DNA of 64,000 nt from Fibrobacteria bacterium (GCA_050294405.1 JBNKOC010000001.1:32001-96000); one strand, 5' to 3'. Numbered from the stretch's first letter, positions 27,229 to 38,461 are shown. Made by a program: numbers and translations. The notes: generated by a model from the sequence alone, not told the origin.

Positions 27229-28644
27229 CTAATTCCCCTCAAAAATATTGCTTTTCTCTCCCACCAGCCTGAAAAATTCTATCTGGCTTAAACAGGCTTT
27301 TAAAAAATCATCAATTCCCAGGCTTTCATTTTCAGAATGGGCATTGGTAAGCGGATCTTCAATGCCAATGAGTAGGGCGGGAATACCGCCCAGCATTTGG
27401 GTGATGGGGGCTACAAAAGGTATGGTTCCGCCGCAGCCTATAAAAACAGGCTTTTTCTGATAGCCTGTTTCCATGGCCTGTTTCATAATTCCAAATACAG
27501 GATGGTTGACCGGGGTTTTCCAGGCGTTGACTCCGGCCTCTTTTTCCACGGTTAATTCCAACCCCCAGGGGCAATGGGCCTTTAAATGTTGCTCAATCAA
27601 GCTCAAACATTTATCCGCATCCATGCCCGCCACGGTGCGAAGGCCAATTCTGGCCCAGGCAGAGTCCATAATAACATTGCCTGCAATTTTTTTTCCGCCG
27701 GATTCAATGGAGTTTATGGATAGGGAAGGGTATTTCCATATTTTCTCCAATAGTTCTCCGTCTTTTCCTATGAGTTCCAGGCTGTCCACCATTTTTATTT
27801 GACTGGCAAACTCTTTATTGGTCATGTTAAGAGAATGTATGTCATTGATTTCTTCTTCATTGGGGGGAATAACCTGTTCTAATATCCCGGGAACGGCTAT
27901 CTGCCCGTTGTCATCCGTCAAGCTGGAAAGCATTTTGGATAACCCCATAATGGGGTCGGGAATAGGACCGCCCCACATTCCCGAATGAAGGGGCGAAGAT
28001 AGGGCTCTTACACTTAGCTCCATAGTGGCAAGGCCCCGCAGAGAACTGGTAATACTGGGTATGCCTACATCGTAATTGCTGAGATCTGCAATCACCAGGC
28101 AATCCGCCTTAAGTTTGTCCGCATACTTGGCCAAAAATTTTTCCAGATGTTGAGAACCGGTTTCCTCCTCACCTTCAATTATGAGTTTAACGTTAACTGG
28201 CAATTTTCCTTCTGTTTTCAAAAAGGCTTCCAGTGAGGCTATGTGAATAATGATTCCCGCCTTATCATCGGCAGTTCCTCTTCCAAACAGGCGGCCATTT
28301 TTTTCTGTGGGCTCGAAGGGAGGAGTATTCCAAACCGCTTCTCGCAAAGGGGGCTGCACATCGTGGTGTGCGTACAATAAAATAGTGGGGGCCTTTTCGG
28401 CATGGAGCCAGTCCGCATAAACATAAGGGTGGGAATCTTCCACTTGCATTAATTCCACATTTTCAAGGCCAGCCCCATTAAGGGCTTTTGCCACAAATTC
28501 CGCACTGCGAACTACTTCTTTAGGCTCAAAGCCTTTAAAGCTCACACTGGGGATTTTAGCCAACTCCACCAATTGGTTTAGGTAGGATTTTTTATTGGTT
28601 TCAAAATATTCAATTGCTTTTTTATCTGTAATACTGGTATTCAT
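27229..28644 (-). CDS. M20/M25/M40 family dipeptidase
   Basis: YAHHDVQP, GRGTADDKAG, EGEEETGS, LHSG, GGTIP, AHSENE. Confidence 0.93.
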   Translation of the reverse strand: MNTSITDKKAIEYFETNKKSYLNQLVELAKIPSVSFKGFEPKEVVRSAEFVAKALNGAGLENVELMQVEDSHPYVYADWLHAEKAPTILLYAHHDVQPPLREAVWNTPPFEPTEKNGRLFGRGTADDKAGIIIHIASLEAFLKTEGKLPVNVKLIIEGEEETGSQHLEKFLAKYADKLKADCLVIADLSNYDVGIPSITSSLRGLATMELSVRALSSPLHSGMWGGPIPDPIMGLSKMLSSLTDDNGQIAVPGILEQVIPPNEEEINDIHSLNMTNKEFASQIKMVDSLELIGKDGELLEKIWKYPSLSINSIESGGKKIAGNVIMDSAWARIGLRTVAGMDADKCLSLIEQHLKAHCPWGLELTVEKEAGVNAWKTPVNHPVFGIMKQAMETGYQKKPVFIGCGGTIPFVAPITQMLGGIPALLIGIEDPLTNAHSENESLGIDDFLKACLSQIEFFRLVGEKSNIFEGN

Positions 28645-28662
28645 AAAAATTTATATAGCCTT

Positions 28663-30426
28663 CTATTGGTAATCCGCTTTCCATTGTTCATAAACATCAT
28701 TTAACAAGGGCTTTAAAAAATCGGCGCTAAAATCAAATTTAAGTCCAGCCTCCTGGAATAACTTTTTTAATCCCTGGCTGCCGCCTAACGCTAAAACTTC
28801 TTTATACTTTCTAAGGGCCTCTTTTTGGTTTTGTTCAAATTGACGCCCAAATTGCAGGGCTCCCAATTGGGCAATGCCGTATTCGATGTAATAAAAGGGA
28901 ACTTCAAAAATATGTATCTGCCTTTGCCAGGACACTTCCAGGTATTTTTCCAGGTTCGTCCAATCTGCTCCCGTGTTGTAACTTTGGTTGAGTTCTACCC
29001 AATATTTGGTTCTTTCTTCGGCAGCAGGGTTTTTACTGGTGTACAACCAATGTTGGTACTTATCCACAATGGCCACCCAGATTAAAAGACGAAGCACCTC
29101 TTCGTTTTCCTGGCAGCGAGCCCGTTTTATTTCATCCTGCGAATAAAATTCATCCAAATAGTGCAAACCAAACCTTTCCATGGACATGGAAGCCACCTCG
29201 CTGAATTCGGTGGGCGCAGATCGATTTTCGGCCAGGTCCAGGTGGCGGCAGCGAAATAAATGGAAGGCATGGCCCGATTCGTGTAACAAAGTCATAACAT
29301 CGGAATGAAGCCCCACTCCATTCATAAAAATAAAAGGCAGACGGCTTTCATCCAGAGAGCACTGGTAACCTCCCGGAGCTTTTCCCATACGGTTGTCCAA
29401 ATCCAAAAGCTGGTTTTTTTCCATGGTAAAAAAGTATTGGGCCAGTTCCTCATCCATGCGCTTAAAAATTTGGCCCACTTTCTTTTTCAATTCAAAACCG
29501 TCTGATACGGGCTTTAAGCTTTTGCGCCCGAAGGGGTCCGAGGATAAATCCCAGGGGCGAAGACTTTCCACTTTTAAGTCTTTTTTGCGTTGCTCCATAA
29601 TTTTTTTGTACAGAGGAACAGCTATTTCCAAAATAGCCTGGTGGTACTGCTCGCAGTCTAAAGGAGTGTAATCGAGCCTTTCGTAATGTTTAAAGGAATA
29701 CTCTTCAAAACTTTTGAGTTTTAAATTTTCCGCTATTTTATTACGATAATTGTATAATTTTTCAAATAATCCGTTTAACTTTTCTGAAACTTCAAACCTT
29801 TTCTCCTGAACAGCCCTCCAGGCTTTTTCCCGTATGTTTCTATCCGGGCTCTCCAGGTAGTTGGCCATTTGTACCAGAGTTTTCTTTTTGCCTTCCCATT
29901 CCACCATAAGAGAACCCTGGATAGATTGGTACTCCTGAGTAAGCAGCGAAATTTTAGTATGGATTTCAATATTCGCTTCGCAAAAAATTTCATTTTGAAT
30001 TTTTAAGGAGTGGAGCCACTTTTCATAAATTTTTGGTTCCAACTGCTGGGCTGCAGGGTGGCCCAAAATTATTTTTCTGGCTTTATCATTAAACATCTCC
30101 AATTCAGGCTGTATATTTTCCACAAAATTTTGATAGGCATTGGAAATTTCACTGTCGTTGGTATTACAGGTCATGTTTATGTATAAGCGGGAGCCTTCTT
30201 CCAGACACACATTACTAAGCTCAATATAATCCCTAAGCCAGTTTTCAAAGGCTTCTTTGGAATTTTGAGGGGGCTCGGACAGTTTTTCCAAATAAGGCTT
30301 TAAATCTTCCAGTTGCCATTTTTCCTTCAGATTTTGCAAAAATTTACGGGGAAACTCGCTGGATGGCAAAGGGGGCAGTTGCAGAGTATTGGTACTGTCT
30401 TTAGATTCTGGAGTTGTGGTATTCAT
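28663..30426 (-). CDS. M3 family oligoendopeptidase (PepF-like)
   Basis: GKAPGGY, HESGHAFH, EFSEVASMSME, FYYIEY. Confidence 0.93.
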   Translation of the reverse strand: MNTTTPESKDSTNTLQLPPLPSSEFPRKFLQNLKEKWQLEDLKPYLEKLSEPPQNSKEAFENWLRDYIELSNVCLEEGSRLYINMTCNTNDSEISNAYQNFVENIQPELEMFNDKARKIILGHPAAQQLEPKIYEKWLHSLKIQNEIFCEANIEIHTKISLLTQEYQSIQGSLMVEWEGKKKTLVQMANYLESPDRNIREKAWRAVQEKRFEVSEKLNGLFEKLYNYRNKIAENLKLKSFEEYSFKHYERLDYTPLDCEQYHQAILEIAVPLYKKIMEQRKKDLKVESLRPWDLSSDPFGRKSLKPVSDGFELKKKVGQIFKRMDEELAQYFFTMEKNQLLDLDNRMGKAPGGYQCSLDESRLPFIFMNGVGLHSDVMTLLHESGHAFHLFRCRHLDLAENRSAPTEFSEVASMSMERFGLHYLDEFYSQDEIKRARCQENEEVLRLLIWVAIVDKYQHWLYTSKNPAAEERTKYWVELNQSYNTGADWTNLEKYLEVSWQRQIHIFEVPFYYIEYGIAQLGALQFGRQFEQNQKEALRKYKEVLALGGSQGLKKLFQEAGLKFDFSADFLKPLLNDVYEQWKADYQ

Positions 30427-30495
30427 TTTATAAAAATTACGGCCTTTTGTTTGAGTTTTAAATAAGGTTTGATTTTATTAATATGTAAAAACTTT

Positions 30496-32079
30496 ATGTC
30501 ATTAGAAAATACAATTCAAAAAGAAATAATGAGACGTCGCACCTTTGCCGTGGTTTCCCATCCGGATGCCGGTAAAACTACCATCACTGAAAAGTTTTTG
30601 TGGTATGGAAAGGTTATTCGCGAGGCAGGTCATGTTAAAGCCAAGGCCAATAAAAAATTCGCCACTTCAGACTGGATGGAAATCGAACGGAAAAGGGGAA
30701 TTTCGGTCACTTCTTCCGTATTGTCCTTTCCCTACAAAGGCTGCCATATAAATTTGCTGGACACGCCTGGCCACGAAGATTTTTGCGAAGACACCTACCG
30801 GGCTTTAACTGCTGTGGATTCGGCTTTGGTGTTGATTGATTCGGCAAAGGGTGTGGAGGCTCAAACTATCAAGTTGATGGAAGCTTGCAAACTGCGAAAA
30901 TCTCCTGTTACGGTATTTATTAACAAAATGGATAGAGATGGCCGCGATGCCATTGAATTAATGGATGAGGTGGAGTCCATTTTGGGAGTTCAATGTGTGG
31001 CAAAAACCCTTCCCATTGGCAACGGAGAAATGTTTCAGGGAGTGTATAGCATGGAAGATAAAACCGTGCATTTTTACAACCCCGAATCCGGGGAAGATAG
31101 AATAGAACAGGTGGAGGGTATTGACGATCCCGAACTGGACAACTGGTTTGACAGCAAATATCTGGCGGAATTGCGAGAGCGCCACGAACTGGTTACAGGC
31201 GTAATGGATCCGTTTTCTATGGAGAGCTATTTGGCCGGTGAGCAGGCCCCGGTTTATTTTGGCTCGGCGCTAAACAACTTTGGCGTGCAACACATACTGG
31301 ACAGTATTGTTAACATAGCTCCGGCTCCCATCGCCCGCTCTACGGATGAGGGCGACATCGATCCTAAAGAAAACGAATTCTCGGGAATAGTATTTAAGAT
31401 CCAGGCTAACATGGATCCAAAACATCGGGATCGCATCGCTTATTTGCGGGTGTGTTCAGGAAAATGCTCCCGTGGTGATAAAATTTACCAATGCAGAACC
31501 GGACGTTTTTTAAAATTAGCCGCTCCCACCAGTTTTAAGGCCCAGGAAAAAGAAATTATCGAAGAGGCCTTTGCCGGGGATATCATAGGCATTCACGATC
31601 CAGGCTATTACAACATAGGGGATACCCTCACCTTTAAAGACAAAATTTCTTATTTGGGCATTCCCGATTTTCCAGCGGAGCATTTTGTTAAAGTAGTGTT
31701 ACGAGATCCTCTGGCCGGCAAAAAACTGCAAAAGGGGCTTGAACAACTTTCCGAAGAAGGCGCCACCCAGCTTTTTAAGCCCTTAAAATCGGCATCCCCC
31801 GTTTTAGGCGTAGTTGGGAAACTTCAATTTGATGTTATTAAATTTCGCCTGGAAAATGAATACAATGCCATATGCGATTTTGAACCTGTTGTTATAGACT
31901 CTGCCAGCTGGGTTTACGGCAAAAGAGAAGAAATTGAAAAACTTGCCAGGGAAAATGCATTTGAAATGGCTAAGGATAAAAAAGATCGCTATGTATACTT
32001 AAGCCCCAATAGTTTTAGGTTGAGCAAAATTAAGGAAAACTATAGCGGGTTGGAGTTCCTTTCTATCCCAAAAATATAA
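30496..32079 (+). CDS. prfC: Peptide chain release factor 3
   Basis: RRRTFAVVSHPDAGKTT, SDWMEIERKRGISVTSS, FKIQANMDPKHRDRIA; start placed at ATG 30496. Confidence 0.96.
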   Translation: MSLENTIQKEIMRRRTFAVVSHPDAGKTTITEKFLWYGKVIREAGHVKAKANKKFATSDWMEIERKRGISVTSSVLSFPYKGCHINLLDTPGHEDFCEDTYRALTAVDSALVLIDSAKGVEAQTIKLMEACKLRKSPVTVFINKMDRDGRDAIELMDEVESILGVQCVAKTLPIGNGEMFQGVYSMEDKTVHFYNPESGEDRIEQVEGIDDPELDNWFDSKYLAELRERHELVTGVMDPFSMESYLAGEQAPVYFGSALNNFGVQHILDSIVNIAPAPIARSTDEGDIDPKENEFSGIVFKIQANMDPKHRDRIAYLRVCSGKCSRGDKIYQCRTGRFLKLAAPTSFKAQEKEIIEEAFAGDIIGIHDPGYYNIGDTLTFKDKISYLGIPDFPAEHFVKVVLRDPLAGKKLQKGLEQLSEEGATQLFKPLKSASPVLGVVGKLQFDVIKFRLENEYNAICDFEPVVIDSASWVYGKREEIEKLARENAFEMAKDKKDRYVYLSPNSFRLSKIKENYSGLEFLSIPKI

Positions 32080-32080
32080 T

Positions 32081-32103
32081 AGGCAAGGCTAAAAGCCCTG
32101 CCT
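32081..32103. terminator. Hairpin between convergent prfC and the receiver-like gene
   Basis: AGGCAAGGCT-aaa-AGCCCTGCCT imperfect stem; weak U-tract. Confidence 0.5.
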
Positions 32104-32134
32104 GTGAATATAAAAGTTTATAATAGAATATATT

Positions 32135-32749
32135 CTATTCTTCTTCTTCGTAGTCCCCATCCATGTCATCGGAATCTTCACTGAGTGTTTCGATTTCAAA
32201 AATGCGGCGAAGGGGCTTAATTTTAATTCCCTTTTTAGGATCGTAGGCATCGCTCATTTTATCTGCGGAAAAGCCTACCAATAAGGGGTTGCGGGGGTGG
32301 TTAGCCACGTTCTTTACAAAATCCGAGGAAGAAAATCCGGGCATTAAAAAGTTTACCACACAGGTATCGTACTGGTTTTCGTCCATTTTTTCCTGGGCTT
32401 GTTCGGGCGTATCGGCTACTTCCACCTGGGAGTTGGGCAATACCTGTTTTACAATTTCCACGGTTTCATCGCGGCGCTGTCCGGCTTCATCCACAACCAA
32501 AACCAAACGGTCTGTGGTCAGGGAGTTGTGTAATCCCGATTTAGCTTCGCTTTTATCGGAATCATCCGAATCATCTGAGTCGTCATCGGAATCATCGTCA
32601 GAGTTATCCTTTAAATTTTCTTCGGGGTCTAAATCCTGGGAAGGATCTGATGGATTGGAATTGCCTGAGCCATTTTCCAGAGAATTTTCCTGTTCTGGAT
32701 TTTCTATGGTGTCTTTTTGTTCTAGTTCTTCTTCTTTTTGTTCGGGCAT
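32135..32749 (-). CDS. Acidic low-complexity N-terminus + degenerate receiver (REC-like) domain
   Basis: D/E/S-rich first 70 aa; LVLVVDE...YDTCVVNFLMPG...FSA...IKP follows the REC layout. Confidence 0.7.
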   Translation of the reverse strand: MPEQKEEELEQKDTIENPEQENSLENGSGNSNPSDPSQDLDPEENLKDNSDDDSDDDSDDSDDSDKSEAKSGLHNSLTTDRLVLVVDEAGQRRDETVEIVKQVLPNSQVEVADTPEQAQEKMDENQYDTCVVNFLMPGFSSSDFVKNVANHPRNPLLVGFSADKMSDAYDPKKGIKIKPLRRIFEIETLSEDSDDMDGDYEEEE

Positions 32750-32821
32750 AAAATTTTTACCTGTGCATTTAAAAAAGGATCGTTTTGCAAATTTTAAAAA
32801 AGTTGCCTAAAACATAAAAAA

Positions 32822-34270
32822 TTATGTTTTCCTTCCAATAAGTCGCTCCAAATCCCCAATTTCTTTTGGGATAGAACGGGAAAGGTTAAGGGAGCGTTTT
32901 TCTCCAATTAAAAGATTATCTTCAATGCGGATTCCAATATCCTCGGAATACAGCTTTCCTCCAAGCTCCATGGTAAAATGTCCGTAGATTCCGGGTTCGT
33001 TGGAAATTTGAATATTTGGTTCAAGAGGTTCATCCTGGTACACACGAAAAGGATCGCCATCGTGTTCCTGCTCTCCCATTAAATGGGATACTCCGTGAGG
33101 CTGAAAGTCGTATTCTCTTTTAGCCCGGCCGCCTTTTTTGAAAAATTGCCGTTCCAATTCCGTTTCTATAAAATCCCAAACTTTGGTGTTGAGCTGTCGG
33201 ATGGTGGCTCCGGCCATGGCATTTTTTTCGTTAAACTTCATGGCTGCCAGCACAATATTATAAAGAAGTTTTTGCAGCGGGTTCCACTTTCCATTTTGAG
33301 CTATGGTGCGGGAAATGTCGGCGTGCATAGTTCCGTAACGCACTCCGAAATCCAAAAGTATAAGTTTGTCTTTTTGAAGGGGGCCATCGTTTTTCAGGTA
33401 ATGAAGCACGGTGGCATTTTTTCCGCTTGCTACAATGGATGGAAAACTGAGTCCAAACTCGGATTCGTATAACATCTTGTATTCCAGATAGCGGGAAAGC
33501 TGATTTTCGTTTTTAAAATTTGGCAGTCTGGCCAATGTATCTTCAAAGGCCTTGCCGGTAATTTTTTGAGCCTTTAACACATCCTTAACCTGGAAATTAT
33601 CCAGGGGCAACCGCTGTTTAAAATGCAGGGGAGCAATAGTCTTATGTTGGGGTTTGTTTTTTCCCAGAGCTTTTTTTTCAAGAGCCATTAATTTTTGACT
33701 GAAACTCCAGTTGTGATCTCCCGTAACTTTTTTTGCATTTTTTTTATCTCCCTCCTCGTAGAGGTGGAAAAAGCTAAAGCTTAACTTGGGTCTTAATTTT
33801 TTTACCTGGCTCACATAAAAGCTTTCAAAAAGATGTAGTGGAAGAACTTTGTTAATGCCAGTCAGGCTCTGAACATCTTCTAAAAGTTCCTTTCCTTTTT
33901 GGGAATTGTTGCTGTCCAATCCAAAGCGCACTCCATCCCAAAATTCCTTTTTACTGTCTTTTTCCGGCAAGAAAAGCACTTCTTTTTCAGCTCCTTTGGG
34001 ATTGAGATAAAGAAGGACTTTAGGTTGGTTAATACCGGTTAAATGTATCATGGCCGGTTCCTGAAAAATTCGCAGGCCATTCATAATCCAGATGTTTTCG
34101 GCACCCGGCTCATGGGGCACAGCAGCAAATACACAGGGACCTTCCAGTTTATCCAAAAGTTTTTTTCTTCTGTTTTTAAGCAACTTGGGAAACTGGGTAC
34201 CCGCCAGGCCCACGGGAAAAACCTGGGAATATTTTTTTAGCAGCTTTTTAAGCTTTGTCTTATCAGTCAT
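32822..34270 (-). CDS. pepP: Xaa-Pro aminopeptidase (M24B)
   Basis: FPSIVASGKNATVLHY, LLDFG, ADISRT, PHGVSH, NEPGIY, GIRIEDN. Confidence 0.85.
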   Translation of the reverse strand: MTDKTKLKKLLKKYSQVFPVGLAGTQFPKLLKNRRKKLLDKLEGPCVFAAVPHEPGAENIWIMNGLRIFQEPAMIHLTGINQPKVLLYLNPKGAEKEVLFLPEKDSKKEFWDGVRFGLDSNNSQKGKELLEDVQSLTGINKVLPLHLFESFYVSQVKKLRPKLSFSFFHLYEEGDKKNAKKVTGDHNWSFSQKLMALEKKALGKNKPQHKTIAPLHFKQRLPLDNFQVKDVLKAQKITGKAFEDTLARLPNFKNENQLSRYLEYKMLYESEFGLSFPSIVASGKNATVLHYLKNDGPLQKDKLILLDFGVRYGTMHADISRTIAQNGKWNPLQKLLYNIVLAAMKFNEKNAMAGATIRQLNTKVWDFIETELERQFFKKGGRAKREYDFQPHGVSHLMGEQEHDGDPFRVYQDEPLEPNIQISNEPGIYGHFTMELGGKLYSEDIGIRIEDNLLIGEKRSLNLSRSIPKEIGDLERLIGRKT

Positions 34271-34317
34271 AGAAATTGAAAATATAAAATTGCGTTGTAG
34301 TTGAGTGGGGAAATGAG

Positions 34318-34662
34318 CTAACCCAACTTTGAAAAATCCGGCTTGTCTTCTAAAAGGTGTATGTTTCCATCAAACTCAACCACATCCAAAATGGTGGCTA
34401 TTTCCTCATTCATTCCATAGGCATACAAGGGAATGGCCTTGTGGTTTAAGGCTGCCAGTAAAAATTTAATGGCTAAAATCCCTTTGGAATCGATGTAATT
34501 TAAATTTTGCAAATCCAAGGCCACACGTCGGTGATCTTCTGACATCAGCTTTCGCAAAAAGGCTGAAAGCTGGGGGCGGGTTGTTTGCGTTAAATCGCCC
34601 GCCACAAAAATGATGGTCCCGTATTTTTTTTTCTCAAAACGTAAGGAAAGAGATGTGGCCAT
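34318..34662 (-). CDS. STAS domain anti-sigma factor antagonist
   Basis: GDL...ALDLQNLNYIDSKG with the conserved Ser. Confidence 0.8.
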   Translation of the reverse strand: MATSLSLRFEKKKYGTIIFVAGDLTQTTRPQLSAFLRKLMSEDHRRVALDLQNLNYIDSKGILAIKFLLAALNHKAIPLYAYGMNEEIATILDVVEFDGNIHLLEDKPDFSKLG

Positions 34663-34713
34663 GAGGATAAAATAAACTTCTCCCCATGGTCGCGCTAATA
34701 CTATGTAACGATT

Positions 34714-35310
34714 TTATACGTAGGGTAAAGAGGCCGCTTTGGAGTGAACCAAATCCATGGCGTTGAGCAATCCCTGCATAGGGTTCCAGCTGCCCTTTAG
34801 AAATTGCTTTAATGTGCTGTCGGAAATGTTCACTGAAATTTCTACGGGCCCCGATAAGCTAAGGCTTTCCAGATTGAGCTCCCAATTGGCTTCAGGGTTG
34901 GCCTCTGCAGCAGCCTGGATTTTTTCGGCTAAGTCAGAAGAAACCGTGGCGCAGGGAATTCCCAATGACACGCAGTTGCCAAAAAAGATTTCCGCAAAAG
35001 ATTCCCCAATAATGGCGTCAATGCCCCATCTTTTTAAAGATTGAGGAGCGTGCTCGCGACTGGAGCCGCAGCCAAAGTTTTTGTTCACCAACAAAATGTT
35101 GGCTCCCTTAAATTTGGGCTCATCAAACGGGTGGGTTTTGCCTTTTTCCTTTAGAGAGGCTCGGTCGTCTTCAAAAGCATGGGGCCCCAGGGCTTCGAAG
35201 GTCACACATTTTAAAAATCGGGCGGGGATAATTCTGTCCGTATCTATATCGTTTCCTCTTACGGAAATGGCCCGTCCGCTAACAGATGTTATACTTGATT
35301 TGTTTTCCAT
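34714..35310 (-). CDS. leuD: 3-isopropylmalate dehydratase small subunit
   Basis: DIDTDRIIPARFLK, NFGCGSSREHAP, SFAEIFFGN. Confidence 0.96.
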   Translation of the reverse strand: MENKSSITSVSGRAISVRGNDIDTDRIIPARFLKCVTFEALGPHAFEDDRASLKEKGKTHPFDEPKFKGANILLVNKNFGCGSSREHAPQSLKRWGIDAIIGESFAEIFFGNCVSLGIPCATVSSDLAEKIQAAAEANPEANWELNLESLSLSGPVEISVNISDSTLKQFLKGSWNPMQGLLNAMDLVHSKAASLPYV

Positions 35311-35326
35311 TTGAAATCCTGAATTG

Positions 35327-36760
35327 TTAAACAGATACCGTTTGAAATTTGCCGGAAAAAACTTCCCTTACATCGGACACCTTGCCGGTAATGGCAGCTG
35401 CCGCAGCCATGGCAGGGCTCATTAAGAGGGTGCGTCCGGTAGGGCTTCCCTGTCTGCCCTTAAAATTACGGTTACTGGTGCTGGCGGAAATTTCTCTTCC
35501 CTTTAATTGGTCGGGGTTCATAGCAAGACACATGGAACAGCCCGGTTCGCGCCATTCAAATCCAGCCTCGGAAAGTATTTTATCGTAACCCAACGCAATG
35601 GCCTTTTCCTGCACCATTTTAGAACCAGGAACCACCAGGGCCCGTACATTGGGGCTCACCTTGTGCCCTTTTACCAGTTCCACCACGGTTTCAATATCGC
35701 TCAGGCGGCCATTGGTGCAAGAACCGATAAATACCACATCAATGTTTTTCCCTTCGATCTTTTCACCTGGATTTAAATCCATATACTCATAGGCTTCTTC
35801 AATACCGGGTTTTTCTGAATCGGAAAAACTATCGGGAGAGGGCAGGGGTTCGTTTATCATAACCGATTGCCCTGGAGTTATACCCCAGGTAACATAAGGT
35901 TCTATTTCATCGGCATTGATGTTAACCACATCGTCGTACTGGGCATCTGCGTCGGAGCGAACACTATCCCAGTATTCCACCAGGTTGTCCCATTTTTCTG
36001 CGGAAGGGGCATAAGCGCGGCCGCGGATATAGTCGTAGGTGGTTTTATCGGGATTCACATAGCCAATTTTAGCTCCGCCTTCAATGGACATGTTGCAAAG
36101 GGTCATGCGCTCTTCCATGGACATGGCGTCAATGGCGCTTCCGCCGTATTCGTAGGCATAGCCCACGCCACCTTTTACTGTTAAAAGATTTATGATTTTT
36201 AAAATCACATCTTTGGCATAGACACCGGGTTTTAATTTGCCGTTCACGTTTATGCGGCGTACCTTTAGCTTTTCCACCCGCATGGTTTGGGTGGCCAGAA
36301 TGTCGGAAACCTGGCTGGTACCGATACCAAAGGCGAGACTGCCGAAGGCGCCATGAGTTGAGGTGTGGCTGTCTCCACAGGCAATGGTCATTCCCGGTTG
36401 GGTTAAACCCAATTCAGGACCCACAACATGAACCACCCCTTGGTTTGTAGCACTGGGGCCAAAAAATTCGATGCCAAAATCCTGGGTGTTTTTTTCGATG
36501 GCCACTAACATTTCTTCGGCCAAAGAATCTTGTAAAGGCCGTTGTCTGGCCGTAGTTGTAGTGGGGATAATATGATCCACAGTGGCAAAGGTCCGCTTGG
36601 GGTAGGGAACCGTAAGATTTTTTTCTCTTAAAATGGCAAAGGCCTGGGGAGAAGTTACTTCGTGAATCAAATGCAGGCCAATAAACAACTGGTATTGCCC
36701 GCCTGATAATTCCTGAACGGTATGCATATCAAAAACCTTGTTGTAAAGGTTTTTACCCAT
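35327..36760 (-). CDS. leuC: 3-isopropylmalate dehydratase large subunit
   Basis: [58 protein letters not shown] before the ATG at 36760. Confidence 0.97.
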   Translation of the reverse strand: MGKNLYNKVFDMHTVQELSGGQYQLFIGLHLIHEVTSPQAFAILREKNLTVPYPKRTFATVDHIIPTTTTARQRPLQDSLAEEMLVAIEKNTQDFGIEFFGPSATNQGVVHVVGPELGLTQPGMTIACGDSHTSTHGAFGSLAFGIGTSQVSDILATQTMRVEKLKVRRINVNGKLKPGVYAKDVILKIINLLTVKGGVGYAYEYGGSAIDAMSMEERMTLCNMSIEGGAKIGYVNPDKTTYDYIRGRAYAPSAEKWDNLVEYWDSVRSDADAQYDDVVNINADEIEPYVTWGITPGQSVMINEPLPSPDSFSDSEKPGIEEAYEYMDLNPGEKIEGKNIDVVFIGSCTNGRLSDIETVVELVKGHKVSPNVRALVVPGSKMVQEKAIALGYDKILSEAGFEWREPGCSMCLAMNPDQLKGREISASTSNRNFKGRQGSPTGRTLLMSPAMAAAAAITGKVSDVREVFSGKFQTVSV

Positions 36761-36770
36761 AATCACTCCT

Positions 36771-37289
36771 TTATAATTTTTCGAGGTATTCTTTAACTTT
36801 GGCTTCCAGATAAATTTCCGGCATTAAGCCTTCGATTTTTTCCAGAATTTTACCCTTACCGTCTACAATAAACGAGGTGGGCAGGGCCTGAACACCTCCA
36901 AATTGACTCATGGTTTTTTCGTTTCCGAAAAGCACCTCGTAATTCATGTTAAATTCAGAATAAATTTTTCCAACTAATTCTCCAGTTGGGTCATCGATGT
37001 TAATGGATAAGACCTTAAAGCCATCCTTTTCGTACTTTTTGGTGAGTTCCACTAAAGTGGGGATTTCCATAATACAGGGCTGACACCAGGTGGCCCAAAA
37101 AACCAGCAGTTGTACTTTGTGATTTCCTTCGGATACTTTTACCTCTTTACCAAACAGGTTCTGCAGACTGATATCTGGAACCTTGCCTGAAATGGCTTTA
37201 TCTTCCTTCCCGCAGGAAGATAAAAACAGCGTACCCAGGAAGATAGCCGGCCAAAAAAATCCCGTTTTTAAAATTTCTCTTTTGTGCAT
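36771..37289 (-). CDS. TlpA/ResA family thiol-disulfide oxidoreductase lipoprotein
   Basis: Lipobox [22 protein letters not shown]. Confidence 0.92.
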   Translation of the reverse strand: MHKREILKTGFFWPAIFLGTLFLSSCGKEDKAISGKVPDISLQNLFGKEVKVSEGNHKVQLLVFWATWCQPCIMEIPTLVELTKKYEKDGFKVLSINIDDPTGELVGKIYSEFNMNYEVLFGNEKTMSQFGGVQALPTSFIVDGKGKILEKIEGLMPEIYLEAKVKEYLEKL

Positions 37290-37389
37290 TATCTATGGTA
37301 AGATATACAATATTTTGATTTTTTTCATATTGCTCGAATGGGGCGTTTTAGCCAAATGCAATTGAGGCTCAACCTGGGAATAACACTCT

Positions 37390-38457
37390 ATGGCCGGAAT
37401 TAAAGAATTGCTGGAAAAAATGGTGGAGTATGGCTCCTCGGACCTGCACATCGTTTATGGCGCGCCTCCGCTTTTCAGGAGAGATGGAGATATTATCCCA
37501 GAAGAGGGAGAACCCTTGGGGCCCGAGGAATGTCAAAAGCTTTGCTACAGCGTGATGACGGAACAACAGCAAAAAAAATTGGAGAGTGCGAGGGAACTGG
37601 ATTTTTCTTTTGGGGTGGCCAATTTAGGACGCTTTAGGGCTAATGTGTTTCACACCAAGGGCACCATAAGTATGGCAATTCGCTTCATTCCATTTGACAT
37701 AAAAACAGTGCAAGACCTTAATCTGCCGAATATTATGGTAGATCTTATTCGAAAACCATCTGGGCTTATATTAGTTACAGGAGCCACTGGTAGCGGAAAA
37801 TCCACCACTTTGGCGGCTCTCATTGATTGGATAAATAGCAATAAAAAAGGACATATTTTAACCATAGAAGATCCTATTGAATTTGTTCACAAACACAAAA
37901 GCTGCATGATTACCCAAAGAGAGGTGTATGCAGACACAAATTCTTTTACAGATGCCCTCCGGGTGGCCCTTAGACAAGACCCGGATTTTGTGCTAATTGG
38001 AGAGCTCAGGGATTTGGATACCATTCGGGCAGCTTTAACCATTGCAGAAACCGGGCACTTAACCCTGGGGACCCTTCACACTAATTCTGCGGTGCAGACC
38101 ATTAACCGCATAGTAGACAGCTTTCCGGAGGGAGAGCAGGCTCAAATCAGAACGCAATTGTCTTTTGTTTTGCAGGGTGTCATAAGCCAGGTACTGCTTC
38201 CTAAAATTGGGGGTGGGAGGGTTATGGCCAATGAAATTATGGTTGCCACGCCGGGTATTCGCGCCATGATTCGGGATGATAAAATACACCAGGTTCAGGG
38301 TATGCTGGAAACGGGGCAAAAATTTGGAATGGTTACAATGGACGCATGTCTTGCTAAATTAATTGGCTCGGGTAAAGTTGAAAAATTAGATGCCTTGAAA
38401 CATTGTGGCGATGAAAATAATTTACTCCGATTAATAACATCTTCAGGAAGAGGATAA
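37390..38457 (+). CDS. pilT: Type IV pilus retraction ATPase
   Basis: SDLH, GRFRANVF, GATGSGKSTT, TIEDPIE, ALRQDPD, AETGHL. Confidence 0.93.
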   Translation: MAGIKELLEKMVEYGSSDLHIVYGAPPLFRRDGDIIPEEGEPLGPEECQKLCYSVMTEQQQKKLESARELDFSFGVANLGRFRANVFHTKGTISMAIRFIPFDIKTVQDLNLPNIMVDLIRKPSGLILVTGATGSGKSTTLAALIDWINSNKKGHILTIEDPIEFVHKHKSCMITQREVYADTNSFTDALRVALRQDPDFVLIGELRDLDTIRAALTIAETGHLTLGTLHTNSAVQTINRIVDSFPEGEQAQIRTQLSFVLQGVISQVLLPKIGGGRVMANEIMVATPGIRAMIRDDKIHQVQGMLETGQKFGMVTMDACLAKLIGSGKVEKLDALKHCGDENNLLRLITSSGRG

Positions 38458-38461
38458 AAGT

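Noticed and set aside
32555..32608. Short tandem (A/G)TCATC(G/C/T)GA-type repeats resembling an array
   Set aside because: Coding low-complexity Asp/Ser tract with no spacers; not CRISPR
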